A DNA stretch of 64,000 nucleotides from an uncultured Prolixibacteraceae bacterium (GTDB taxonomy: Bacteria; Bacteroidota; Bacteroidia; Bacteroidales; FEN-979): positions 150-64,149 of the forward strand of contig CAYUZX010000012.1 of the NCBI GenBank assembly GCA_964449285.1. The letters are read 5' to 3'. The first letter of the stretch is position 1; each line of letters starts with the position of its first letter. Shown here one piece after another: positions 34,756-43,197 of the stretch. The translations under genes and the position numbers were made by a program. The notes beneath the pieces are model-generated. The model was not told the DNA's origin. It saw only the letters and a program-made list of their open reading frames with translations, and made no database searches.

Positions 34756-35739
34756 ATGATTTTTTCAGATACCATAGGTGCGATAAAGACGGAAGAGCAG
34801 TTTGACCGGCTGGCGCTGGAGGCTTTTCGTTATCAGCTTCAGCGAAACCAGGTCTATGCCGAGTTTGTTGATGCACTGGGAATTCACGCCTCCAGTGTGA
34901 ATCATTACTCCCGTATTCCATTCCTTCCCCTCGAATTTTTCAAGACACGAGAGGTCTATGCTGCGGAAGAGGAGCCTGCAATCACTTTTCACAGTAGCGG
35001 AACCACCGGAATGCAGCGCAGCAGCCATGCCGTGGCAGATGCCTCACTCTACCGATCCTCGCTGCTTGAAGGGTTCCGACACGTTTACGGAGATCCCTCA
35101 AGCTTCATGATCTGTGCTCTCACCCCCTCCCCGGAAGAGAATCCTAACTCTTCCCTGGCCTTCATGATCAACACCTGGATCAACGCCGGAGCTAAGCCCG
35201 GAAGCGGCTTCTACCTGAGTAAACCAAAACAGCTGGCGGAGATGCTGCCAACTGCCAACTGCCAACTGCCAACTGTTCTTCTCATCGGCCTCACCTACGC
35301 TCTTCTCGACTTTGCCAAACAATACCCGATTGCACTCCCTGATGCCATCATTATGGAAACCGGAGGGATGAAGGGAGAACGACGGGAGATGGTTCGGGAA
35401 GAGATTCAAGGCATCCTGAAAGAAGCTTTCTCGGTCAAGGAGATTCATTCCGAATACGGCATGTCGGAGATGCTTTCGCAAGCTTATTCTACGACCAATG
35501 GAAGGTTTAACGCCCCTCCGTGGATGAAAGTCCTGATCCGCGATCCCAACGATCCACTCTCCTGGGCTGCGAAGGGCAAAACCGGCGGGATTAGCATCAT
35601 CGACCTGGCCAACTGGTACTCCTGCCCATTTCTGGGCACCCAAGACCTCGGCCGGCTGCACAACGATGGCTCATTCGAAGTCTTCGGCCGGTTTGATCAC
35701 AGCGATTTGCGGGGATGCAATCTTTTGCTGGGGAGCTAG
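34756..35739 (+). CDS. LuxE/PaaK-like adenylate-forming acyl-protein synthetase family protein (often annotated as acyl transferase)
   Basis: The N-terminal EAFRYQLQRNQVYAEFV ... IPFLPLEFFK and FHSSGTTG motifs fit the LuxE-like family common in Bacteroidota. Confidence 0.6.
   Translation: MIFSDTIGAIKTEEQFDRLALEAFRYQLQRNQVYAEFVDALGIHASSVNHYSRIPFLPLEFFKTREVYAAEEEPAITFHSSGTTGMQRSSHAVADASLYRSSLLEGFRHVYGDPSSFMICALTPSPEENPNSSLAFMINTWINAGAKPGSGFYLSKPKQLAEMLPTANCQLPTVLLIGLTYALLDFAKQYPIALPDAIIMETGGMKGERREMVREEIQGILKEAFSVKEIHSEYGMSEMLSQAYSTTNGRFNAPPWMKVLIRDPNDPLSWAAKGKTGGISIIDLANWYSCPFLGTQDLGRLHNDGSFEVFGRFDHSDLRGCNLLLGS
35245..35275 (+). repeat. (CTGCCAA)x4 plus CTG heptanucleotide tandem repeat inside a CDS
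   Basis: Four perfect units occupy 35245-35272. They are translated as LPTANCQLPT in the LuxE-like ORF. Confidence 0.9.
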
Positions 35740-35744
35740 AGTTT

Positions 35745-35778
35745 GTCGTCATTGCGATGAGCAGAGCGACGAAGCAAA
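35745..35778. repeat. REP-like hairpin, ATTGC...GACGAAGCAA family
   Basis: The sequence is GTCGTCATTGCGATGAGCAGAGCGACGAAGCAA. Confidence 0.6.
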
Positions 35779-35814
35779 GAGATTAGACATGAGGCATTAG
35801 AATCTGGCATCTGT

Positions 35815-36474
35815 TCATCCGGCTACCGGCAGGGTCACCTCCACCGTATCGTTCTTCGGCGAGTTCACTAGCTTCGACACAGGGAAGGCTTTCATCATCT
35901 CTGCAGGGTAGGGTTTCAAGAGCTCCTGCAATGTGGTTTCGTTTGTGTTGTTGAGCCACATCTTTTCGTTTTCCGGCAGAAGGATCACTGGCATCCGGTT
36001 ATGGATGGGAGCCATCAGCCCGTTGGGCTCGGTGGTGATGATCGAAAAGGAGTGGATGATCTCCCTGTCAGCGCTGACCCACTTCTCCCAGATGCCGGCC
36101 ATGGCAAATGGCGCACCGTTTGTTAAAACGATGCGGTATGGCGTCTTGGTAGTATTCTTTTTCCATTCATAGAAACCGTCAGCTGGCACGAGACAACGGC
36201 GGCGCTGGAAGGCATTTTTAAACGAGGGCTTTTCGGCTATTGTCTCTGCTTTGGAGTTGATCAGCTTGTTTCCGATCAACGGATCTTTGGCCCAGAAAGG
36301 GATTAGTCCCCATCGGAAAAATTGGAGTTCACGCGGATTCTGGTTGCTGATAATGGCAAGCTCCTGTGAAGGAGCACAATTATATCGGGCTTTGTATATG
36401 GCCGACCGCACCGAAACGCCAAAACGCTCTTTGATCAGTTCATCTTCAACAGCAAAGGAGTATCGTCCACACAT
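35815..36474 (-). CDS. SOS-response-associated peptidase (SRAP/YedK family, abasic-site sensor)
   Basis: It starts MCGRYS, with the catalytic Cys2. The 219-aa length from the internal ATG is supported by the -7 box at 36496. Confidence 0.85.
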   Translation of the reverse strand: MCGRYSFAVEDELIKERFGVSVRSAIYKARYNCAPSQELAIISNQNPRELQFFRWGLIPFWAKDPLIGNKLINSKAETIAEKPSFKNAFQRRRCLVPADGFYEWKKNTTKTPYRIVLTNGAPFAMAGIWEKWVSADREIIHSFSIITTEPNGLMAPIHNRMPVILLPENEKMWLNNTNETTLQELLKPYPAEMMKAFPVSKLVNSPKNDTVEVTLPVAG

Positions 36475-36495
36475 ATTGGGAGGATTAATTTTCAA

Positions 36496-36503
36496 TAAAG
36501 ATA
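36496..36503 (-). promoter_or_regulatory. -7 box-like TATCTTTA
   Basis: It lies 22 nt upstream of the ATG at 36474. Confidence 0.4.
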
Positions 36504-36512
36504 AAAAATTGA

Positions 36513-36520
36513 TAGATTTG
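36513..36520 (+). promoter_or_regulatory. -7 box TAGATTTG
   Basis: It lies 18 nt upstream of the ATG at 36538. Confidence 0.4.
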
Positions 36521-36537
36521 TCAGTGATTTTAAAGCA

Positions 36538-38622
36538 ATGGCTCAACGTTCCAGATCCAAAAAGAAACGACACTCCTTATCTCAGGATGATGGATTTTCG
36601 CTGAAACGTGTTGAAACACTCTTTTCGAAACAGTTGATGCGGGTGATCGGGATCCTCTTCCTGGGTGCCAGTTTATGGTTTGCCGCAAACTCCACCGACA
36701 CGATCTTTAAAATCGCTAAAAACCTGGTCTCTCCGAAAGAGCTAATCATGAAGCAGGGTTCTGCAACACTCCCGGTTACCGGGCAGGTCGCAACTCCTTT
36801 ACAATCAGTTGCAGCTCCGATTACCTTTCCGATGGTGCTGATCATATTTGCCACGATGGCCGGTTGGCTGGTCATGCAGTTGCTGGCTCGCTGGCGAAAA
36901 CGAGCCGAATTTCAGATCATCTCAGTGTTTCTGGTATTTGTCGCTATCCTGGCCATGATACGCAGCTATGGATGGCAGGTTGAACTTATTTTCTCCCTGC
37001 TGATCCTTATTTCGGTCGGCCTCTTCTTCTTTGGCCAGCATCTGAGTCATACCGGTATCCGTATTCATTTTCTCTTCACCTGGGGGCTTTTTTCCCTTTG
37101 GTGGCTGCTGAAAATCATGATCAACGGACAACGTGACCAACTGACCTCTTTTTTTATCCTCTCCTCTCTGATATTCCTGACATTCCAAGCGATTTTGTTA
37201 TTCAGAGGCTTTGCCGGCCGCAGGGCCCTGAGCAGGTATATGGAGGTGTTTGCAATCGGTTTCAACGTTGGGATCTATTTGATCCTCATCGCGGCAACTA
37301 TCCTGAAGTTTTACGACAAACTGCCGCTCTTTTTCTTTACACTGGCGCTTTCTGCCCTGTATATCCTATCCCTTCTTGCTATGGAGTACTCCGGAAAGCC
37401 ATTCCGGAAGATGCCATTCCTGATATCGGCCCTGGTGCTGGTCAGCTTACTCCTGCCACTACTCTTCTGGAAAAGCCATGTGATCCTACTGGCCGGAAGC
37501 CTCTCTTTGCTCTTACTTTTTTACTCGGGACAATCCAAGGACCAGCCCTCTATCATTGTTGCACTGGTACTTGTTGTATTGATGATCCTGGTCTTTTTAA
37601 AAGACCTGGCGTTTGCCTATTTCCCTGCGGCATTCACTGGGGGGTTGGCTGGGAATGAATCCCTGTTTTACAAAGGACTGATCTCGGGACTGTTTATCGC
37701 ACTGGTTGCCTTTCTTGATCGTTTCCAACTCAAGAATCTGGATATAAAGTTTTCCCGAAAGTGGTTCAACAGAAAGAGATACCTGATGTTGCTAAAAGGG
37801 GTATTTCTGGCCGGACTTTACTTCGGACTCTTCTGGCTCTGGCAATTTAGTTGTTTTGCTATCTGTGGCTTTGAGGAGGTAGCGCTGATCAGCTGGTTCT
37901 CATACCATTGCCTCTTCTTCACTATTGCCATCCCGTGGCTTGCAGCCCAGAAATCCTCGTTTCTCCCTATCGCAATCCTGGTCTCTGTAATGATGACCTT
38001 CATTTACCCCTCCTTGCTGAGTTTGCAGAACATAAAGCTGCTCGATCTCTATATCCGGGGAATTCAGGTGGGGCTAACCGTATTTTCGATGCACTATGTA
38101 GCGACCGGACTTTTTCTGGTCTTCATCGCGATTGTTTTACATTATGTAGGGAAAGCGTTTAAAGAGAATACCATTGCCAAGCGAATTTTTCTTATCTACG
38201 CCATTGTGATGGTGCTTTACATACTGATTTTAGAAATGGGGCTGACCGCTGTTGCCATCAGGGCAACATCAACTCTGGAGGCGAATGAGATCCGAAGACA
38301 GATGATGGGGTTACCGGCTACGATGATTCTCTTTGCCGGAGGGGCAATCACATTGGTCTGGGGTTTCATTTGGCAAAAACGGTTTGGCCGCACGATGGCT
38401 ATGATCCTGCTGTTTCTGGCTGCCTTCAAGTTGATCTATTTTGACTTGAAGAGCATCTCACTCTTCACCCGGGTCATCCTCCTTTTTGCCACCGGATCTG
38501 TATTTATTGGTCTGTCACTGGGATATACAAGGGCGCGAAAAGCCTTCCGAAAGAAGCAGCCATCGAGAAGCCACTTCCGAAAGCCGGAATTCCACAAAGA
38601 TATTGGATCCCAAGCGAAATAA
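36538..38622 (+). CDS. large polytopic membrane protein (DUF2339-like)
   Basis: A 694-aa protein with a basic N-terminus followed by roughly 18-20 hydrophobic helices. The family assignment is from memory only. Confidence 0.55.
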   Translation: MAQRSRSKKKRHSLSQDDGFSLKRVETLFSKQLMRVIGILFLGASLWFAANSTDTIFKIAKNLVSPKELIMKQGSATLPVTGQVATPLQSVAAPITFPMVLIIFATMAGWLVMQLLARWRKRAEFQIISVFLVFVAILAMIRSYGWQVELIFSLLILISVGLFFFGQHLSHTGIRIHFLFTWGLFSLWWLLKIMINGQRDQLTSFFILSSLIFLTFQAILLFRGFAGRRALSRYMEVFAIGFNVGIYLILIAATILKFYDKLPLFFFTLALSALYILSLLAMEYSGKPFRKMPFLISALVLVSLLLPLLFWKSHVILLAGSLSLLLLFYSGQSKDQPSIIVALVLVVLMILVFLKDLAFAYFPAAFTGGLAGNESLFYKGLISGLFIALVAFLDRFQLKNLDIKFSRKWFNRKRYLMLLKGVFLAGLYFGLFWLWQFSCFAICGFEEVALISWFSYHCLFFTIAIPWLAAQKSSFLPIAILVSVMMTFIYPSLLSLQNIKLLDLYIRGIQVGLTVFSMHYVATGLFLVFIAIVLHYVGKAFKENTIAKRIFLIYAIVMVLYILILEMGLTAVAIRATSTLEANEIRRQMMGLPATMILFAGGAITLVWGFIWQKRFGRTMAMILLFLAAFKLIYFDLKSISLFTRVILLFATGSVFIGLSLGYTRARKAFRKKQPSRSHFRKPEFHKDIGSQAK

Positions 38623-38811
38623 AGTAGTTTGCGGAACGATCATTGGAGAAATTTCTGGCATGGTGCCATATCGGTCCGCTCGGAGCGAAAGTGGAGGTAG
38701 TTGAATTAACCGAAGGCCCGTTGAAGGCATATGCCTCTTTCGAGATAAAAAGACGGGCCCGATGGTTGAACACAGGTAAATGAAGAATGAAGAATAAAGT
38801 GCTGGACTGGA

Positions 38812-39492
38812 TTAACGAGCGCCTTCTACAACCACCACAATCTCTCCCTTTACCTCTTTTTCAGAAAACACCTCAGCTAACTCCTGCAGCGTACCCCTGA
38901 CAGTCTCTTCATATACTTTCGTCAGCTCCCTGGAAACGGATGCCTGGCGGTTGGGACCAATATACTCTACTAATTGAGTAATTAATTTACTCAACCTATA
39001 AGGAGATTCATAAAAGACCAGGGTATACGGGCTGCTGGAAACCTCTTTCAGTTTTGTTTGCCGCCCTTTTTTATGAGGTAGAAATCCTACAAATAGAAAG
39101 CTGTCGCAGGGGAGCCCCGAATTTACAAGTGCCGGGATAAAGGCAGTGGGACCGGGCAGCGACTCCACTTCAAGCCCTTCTTTAAGGCAGGCCCGAACAA
39201 GCAGGAAGCCAGGGTCGGAGATGCCCGGTGTTCCCGCATCACTGACCAGCGCTGCCACCTCGCCCAATTTTAACCGGTTAATCACAGAATCGAGGGATTT
39301 GTGTTCATTGAACTGGTGATGTGAAACCAGCTTGTTTCGTATCTCAAAATGCTTGAGCAGGATCCCTGTCTGGCGCGTATCCTCTGAAAGGATGAAATCA
39401 ACCTCTTTCAGCACGCGGATAGCCCGCAGGGTCATATCCTCGAGATTGCCAATCGGTGTTGGTACCAGGTAAAGTGAGGGATGCCGGTTCAT
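38812..39492 (-). CDS. rsmI: 16S rRNA (cytidine1402-2'-O)-methyltransferase
   Basis: It has LYLVPTPIGNLEDMTLRAIRVL and a tetrapyrrole-methylase fold pattern. Confidence 0.9.
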   Translation of the reverse strand: MNRHPSLYLVPTPIGNLEDMTLRAIRVLKEVDFILSEDTRQTGILLKHFEIRNKLVSHHQFNEHKSLDSVINRLKLGEVAALVSDAGTPGISDPGFLLVRACLKEGLEVESLPGPTAFIPALVNSGLPCDSFLFVGFLPHKKGRQTKLKEVSSSPYTLVFYESPYRLSKLITQLVEYIGPNRQASVSRELTKVYEETVRGTLQELAEVFSEKEVKGEIVVVVEGAR

Positions 39493-40190
39493 GTGTTGGT
39501 AACCAGTTTAAATCCAACACCATGGACGTTGATCAGTCCTACGGTAGGATCTTGTTTCAGATACTTCCGGAGTTTCACGATATAGACATCCATACTCCTG
39601 GCATTGAAATAGCTGTCGTTGTTCCAGATTTCGGTGAGCGCTTCACTGCGGGTAAGCACATCATTGAAATGAGTACACAGCAGCCGGAGCAGTCCGGTCT
39701 CCTTCGATGTGAGTTTCTGTTCAGTTTTGCCTATGGTAAGCGTCTGGCGGTGCAGATCAAAGGTGTAGGATCCAATGGTAAACACCGTCTCTTCGTGTGA
39801 GGGTTTCGGATTGTCTTCCAATCTTCTCAAAATGGCCTGCATACGGAACAACAGCTCTTCCATGCTGAAGGGTTTGGTGAGGTAATCATCTCCTCCAATT
39901 TCGAACCCTTTCAATTTATCCTCCTGCATCGACTTCGCCGTGAGAAACAGGATCGGAGTCTTCTTATCCCGTGTCCGGATCTCTTTGGCTACAGTAAATC
40001 CATCCTTTACCGGCATCATGATATCCAGGATACAGAAATCAATCTCCTGTTTTACAAAGGCTTCGATGGCTTCCTGTCCGTTCATGCAAAGCGTAGTTTG
40101 ATACCCTTTGGCATCGAGGTAGTTTTTGAGAAGATTCCCCAGATTCCGGTCATCTTCTGCAAGGAGAATATGAATTGTTTTCTTTTCCAT
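39489..40190 (-). CDS. OmpR/PhoB-family response regulator
   Basis: A REC domain (ILLAEDD ... ILDIMMPVKDG) is followed by a winged-helix C-terminal domain. Confidence 0.9.
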   Translation of the reverse strand: MEKKTIHILLAEDDRNLGNLLKNYLDAKGYQTTLCMNGQEAIEAFVKQEIDFCILDIMMPVKDGFTVAKEIRTRDKKTPILFLTAKSMQEDKLKGFEIGGDDYLTKPFSMEELLFRMQAILRRLEDNPKPSHEETVFTIGSYTFDLHRQTLTIGKTEQKLTSKETGLLRLLCTHFNDVLTRSEALTEIWNNDSYFNARSMDVYIVKLRKYLKQDPTVGLINVHGVGFKLVTNT

Positions 40191-40195
40191 AGTGT

Positions 40196-41482
40196 CTAAT
40201 CTGGTATTTTATAGGGGAGATAGATCTTGAAGAGCGTTCCTTTATTGATCTCACTTTCGATTGTTATCTTCCCATGATGTTCTCCCACGATGGCTTTTAC
40301 ATAACTGAGTCCCAGGCCAAACCCGCGCACATTGTGAATATTGCCGGTGGAGATTCGATAGAGCTTATCAAATATCTTTTTCTGTTCCTGTTTGCTGATC
40401 CCAGACCCGTTATCCTTTACTGATAACGTAATTCCAAGGTTACTATTTTCCGTAGTGATTCTGATCTCCGGTTTTCGTGGTGTATATTTTGTTGCATTAT
40501 CCAGGAGATTGTACACCAGGTTGGTCAGGTGTACCTTATCTCCTTCCAGCAGAGAGGGCTTTGCCAGCAGGTTGGTGTGTATCTCACCGTCCTTGATTTC
40601 CACCTGAATCCGGATGCTTTTAATTACATCCCGGATAATAATGTGGATATCGATCATTTCAAGGTGCATTTTCATCTCTCCCTTCTCCAGTACTGCGGCC
40701 TGTAGGATTCGTTCCGAAAGGATCGAGAGCCGGTTGTTCTCTTCCCTGATCATCTCGATGTAGGTGTCGTAAAATGATTCCGACCTGGGTAGCTCTTTAT
40801 CACCAAGAGCCTCACAGGCTAGAGAGATAGTTGATATCGGCGTCTTAAACTCGTGTGTCATATTGTTGATGAAATCACTTTTCATATCCGAAATCTTCTT
40901 TTGCCGGATCAGCATGGTGATGGTATAGGAAAAGGTATAAACAATCACAACGATCAGAACAATAGAGATCAGTAGCATACCCCACAATTCAGTAAGCAGA
41001 AACTGCCTTTCATAGGGAAAATAGATCAGCAGGTACTCCGGGGTTGTGAACATGTCGGCCGAGAACAACGGGTAGGCATAGCCTATCTGGATCAACTGTT
41101 TACGGTATTCGCTTGATTTCTCAAAGATGAAAAGATCGTATTCCGGTTTATAGATCACGAACTGAAAGCGCGTATCCACACCGCGGATGTTTAGCTCAAG
41201 AGAAATCAGCGAATCCATTTCAGGGGGAGTGATGAAGAGGGAGTAATCAAGGTGTTTGTTGAAGCTCAGCATCCCAGGGAATGGGTTGATCTCGGCAGCT
41301 CTCCATTTTTCCAGCCGTTCAATCTTGTACACCACTTTGGCCATGGCTTCGTTGACACTTCTTCTGAAACTGGCCTCTTTCACTGATGAAGCACTGTGTA
41401 TCCAGTAGAGTTGAACCCCAAGCAAGCCTATCAGGGCGATGGTCATAATGATGATGATCCCAACAAGTACGTTCCGTTTCAT
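40196..41482 (-). CDS. sensor histidine kinase (HisKA plus HATPase_c)
   Basis: It has two TM segments, the H box MTHEFKTPIST, the N box LLDNATKY and the G boxes DNGSGI and GFGLGL. I prefer the ATG at 41482 because the TTG at 41494 lies inside the -7 box. Confidence 0.9.
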   Translation of the reverse strand: MKRNVLVGIIIIMTIALIGLLGVQLYWIHSASSVKEASFRRSVNEAMAKVVYKIERLEKWRAAEINPFPGMLSFNKHLDYSLFITPPEMDSLISLELNIRGVDTRFQFVIYKPEYDLFIFEKSSEYRKQLIQIGYAYPLFSADMFTTPEYLLIYFPYERQFLLTELWGMLLISIVLIVVIVYTFSYTITMLIRQKKISDMKSDFINNMTHEFKTPISTISLACEALGDKELPRSESFYDTYIEMIREENNRLSILSERILQAAVLEKGEMKMHLEMIDIHIIIRDVIKSIRIQVEIKDGEIHTNLLAKPSLLEGDKVHLTNLVYNLLDNATKYTPRKPEIRITTENSNLGITLSVKDNGSGISKQEQKKIFDKLYRISTGNIHNVRGFGLGLSYVKAIVGEHHGKITIESEINKGTLFKIYLPYKIPD

Positions 41483-41491
41483 TTCTATATA

Positions 41492-41499
41492 CAAATGTA
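41492..41499 (-). promoter_or_regulatory. -7 box TACATTTG
   Basis: It lies 9 nt upstream of the ATG at 41482, which implies a very short leader. Confidence 0.4.
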
Positions 41500-41522
41500 A
41501 AGGAAATTACGAAACAGACTTT

Positions 41523-41557
41523 TTAACATTTTTTAACGATTCTTAATATTCATTAAC
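41523..41557. promoter_or_regulatory. four TTAAY direct repeats at exact 10-bp phasing
   Basis: TTAAC occurs at 41523, TTAAC at 41533, TTAAT at 41543 and TTAAC at 41553. They lie 40-75 nt upstream of the kinase-regulator operon. Confidence 0.45.
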
Positions 41558-41633
41558 ACTTATCATTGTCATTCTGAACTATTTTTGTTCGCAGGCAAAA
41601 TTCTTTTTTCATCTGGATTTGTTTATTGATTTG

Positions 41634-41662
41634 AGGGGCTGATGTAAATCGGCCCCTTTTTT
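41634..41662 (+). terminator. intrinsic-terminator-like hairpin plus T-run with no upstream plus-strand CDS
   Basis: The stem is AGGGGC (41634-39) with GCCCCT (41652-57). The loop is 12 nt, and TTTTT follows. Confidence 0.4.
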
Positions 41663-41669
41663 GTATGTC

Positions 41670-41690
41670 ATTCCGAGCGTAGCGAGGAAT
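41670..41690. repeat. REP-like hairpin ATTCCGAGCGTAGCGAGGAAT
   Basis: It has a 5-bp stem (ATTCC/GGAAT) and has the same look as the 15653 and 35745 elements. Confidence 0.5.
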
Positions 41691-41694
41691 CTTC

Positions 41695-41702
41695 TATCTT
41701 TA
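41695..41702 (+). promoter_or_regulatory. -7 box-like TATCTTTA
   Basis: It lies 21 nt upstream of the pgi ATG at 41723. Confidence 0.4.
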
Positions 41703-41722
41703 CTTCCTAAAACACACTTATT

Positions 41723-43030
41723 ATGTATATCTCCATCGATATCAGCCAGGCAGTTGCCCCTTTACCGGAAAACGCATTGGAGCAGATCCGTCCGCGTATT
41801 GAGACAGCGTGGGATACACTCATATCAGGCACGGGTGCTGGAAACGACTTTCTGGGTTGGATCAGGTTGCCCTCCCAAACGGATCCGGCTCTGATTTCCG
41901 GGATCAGGGAACATGCTGCCAGGATACAGCAAATCGCAGAGGTATTCGTTGTCATCGGCATCGGTGGTTCCTACCTTGGAGCCCGGGCAGTGATCGAAGC
42001 TCTCTCTCCTTCGTTTCCGGCATTGCTCCGTTCCGAAAATAAGCCTGTGATACTCTATGCAGGCGAGAACCTGAGCCAGGATTACCATGCCGACCTGCTA
42101 AAGGTGCTGGACCATTACTCCTGTGCTGTTGCGGTGATCTCCAAATCGGGAACTACCACCGAACCTGCGGTAGCATTCCGCCTGATCAAACAGAAGCTGG
42201 AGAGCAGGTATGGGAAGGAGGGAGCTCGTGAGAGGATCATCGCCATCACGGATGCCTCTAAGGGAGCCTTAAAAAGGATTGCCGATAAAGAGGGATACGA
42301 GAGTTACGTCATCCCCGATGATGTGGGCGGGCGCTATTCAGTGTTAACACCGGTAGGGCTACTTCCCATTGCGGTAGCCGGACTGGATATCGTGAAGCTG
42401 GTTGAAGGAGCTACGGAGATGGAGAGGGTAGCCTGTAAGGCACCTGATTTTGAACTTAATCCGGCCACTCTCTATGCTGCCATCCGTAACCTTCTCTACG
42501 ATCATGGAAAAACTTCCGAGATCATGGTCACCTACCAGCCCCATCTGGTTATGCTGACTGAATGGTGGAAACAGCTCTATGGCGAAAGTGAAGGGAAGGA
42601 GGGAAAAGGGATCTTCCCGGTGGGTGTGACCTTTACTTCCGATCTGCACTCGATGGGTCAGTACATCCAGGAGGGAAGCCGTAATCTTTTCGAAACCATT
42701 CTTTCGGTCGACCGGCCTAACCAGGAGCTTCTTGTACCAACGGATTCGGAGAACAACGACGGACTCAATTTTCTGGCCGGCAAAAGCCTTTCTGATGTGA
42801 ACCATAAGGCAGAAGAGGGTACCAGGATGGCTCATATAGAGGGAGGCGTTCCCAATATTCGCATCTCAATCCCATGTCTGGATCCTTATCATCTCGGACA
42901 GTTGCTCTACTTTTATGAATTTGCCTGTGGTGTAAGCGGCTACACACTGGGCGTAAACCCCTTTGACCAGCCCGGAGTGGAGGCCTATAAACGAAATATG
43001 TTCAAGTTACTTGGGAAACCGGGGTTTTAG
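41723..43030 (+). CDS. pgi: glucose-6-phosphate isomerase
   Basis: A 435-aa protein with GIGGSYLGARA, SKSGTTTE and the PGI family signature region GQYIQEG. Confidence 0.9.
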   Translation: MYISIDISQAVAPLPENALEQIRPRIETAWDTLISGTGAGNDFLGWIRLPSQTDPALISGIREHAARIQQIAEVFVVIGIGGSYLGARAVIEALSPSFPALLRSENKPVILYAGENLSQDYHADLLKVLDHYSCAVAVISKSGTTTEPAVAFRLIKQKLESRYGKEGARERIIAITDASKGALKRIADKEGYESYVIPDDVGGRYSVLTPVGLLPIAVAGLDIVKLVEGATEMERVACKAPDFELNPATLYAAIRNLLYDHGKTSEIMVTYQPHLVMLTEWWKQLYGESEGKEGKGIFPVGVTFTSDLHSMGQYIQEGSRNLFETILSVDRPNQELLVPTDSENNDGLNFLAGKSLSDVNHKAEEGTRMAHIEGGVPNIRISIPCLDPYHLGQLLYFYEFACGVSGYTLGVNPFDQPGVEAYKRNMFKLLGKPGF

Positions 43031-43086
43031 GACGAAGGACGAAGGACGTGAGACGTGAGACGTAAGACGTAAGACGTGAGACGTAT
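43031..43086 (+). repeat. period-7 GACGNRR tandem repeat (8 units) starting at the first base after the pgi stop
   Basis: The units are GACGAAG GACGAAG GACGTGA GACGTGA GACGTAA GACGTAA GACGTGA GACGTAT. Confidence 0.9.
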
Positions 43087-43125
43087 GATGTCGGCTAAAG
43101 CCCGGTTTTTCGCACTACCAGACCC

Positions 43126-43145
43126 CCGTCCCTTAAAAGGGACGG
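43126..43145. terminator. perfect 20-nt palindrome between convergent pgi and purN
   Basis: The sequence is CCGTCCCTTAAAAGGGACGG. Confidence 0.45.
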
Positions 43146-43150
43146 CAATT

Positions 43151-43197
43151 CATCATCCCCATCACCTCGTGACCTCATGACTTCATGACTTCATGAC
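43151..43197 (-). repeat. period-8 tandem repeat running from the last purN codons into its 3' flank
   Basis: The minus strand reads GTCATGAA GTCATGAA GTCATGAG GTCACGAG GTGATGGG GATGATG. The purN stop is at 43183-43185. Confidence 0.8.

Noticed and set aside
35098-35661. A 187-aa minus-strand ORF lies opposite the LuxE-like gene.
   Set aside because: It is a shadow frame, and the plus strand carries the conserved SSGTTG and family N-terminal motifs.
38623-38811. A structured spacer carries AGGCATATGCCT and a GGCCCGT/ACGGGCC stem, with overlapping 70-89-aa ORFs on both strands.
   Set aside because: The ORFs have no coding features. The hairpins are plausible terminators for the convergent genes, but I could not define a convincing stem plus T-run.
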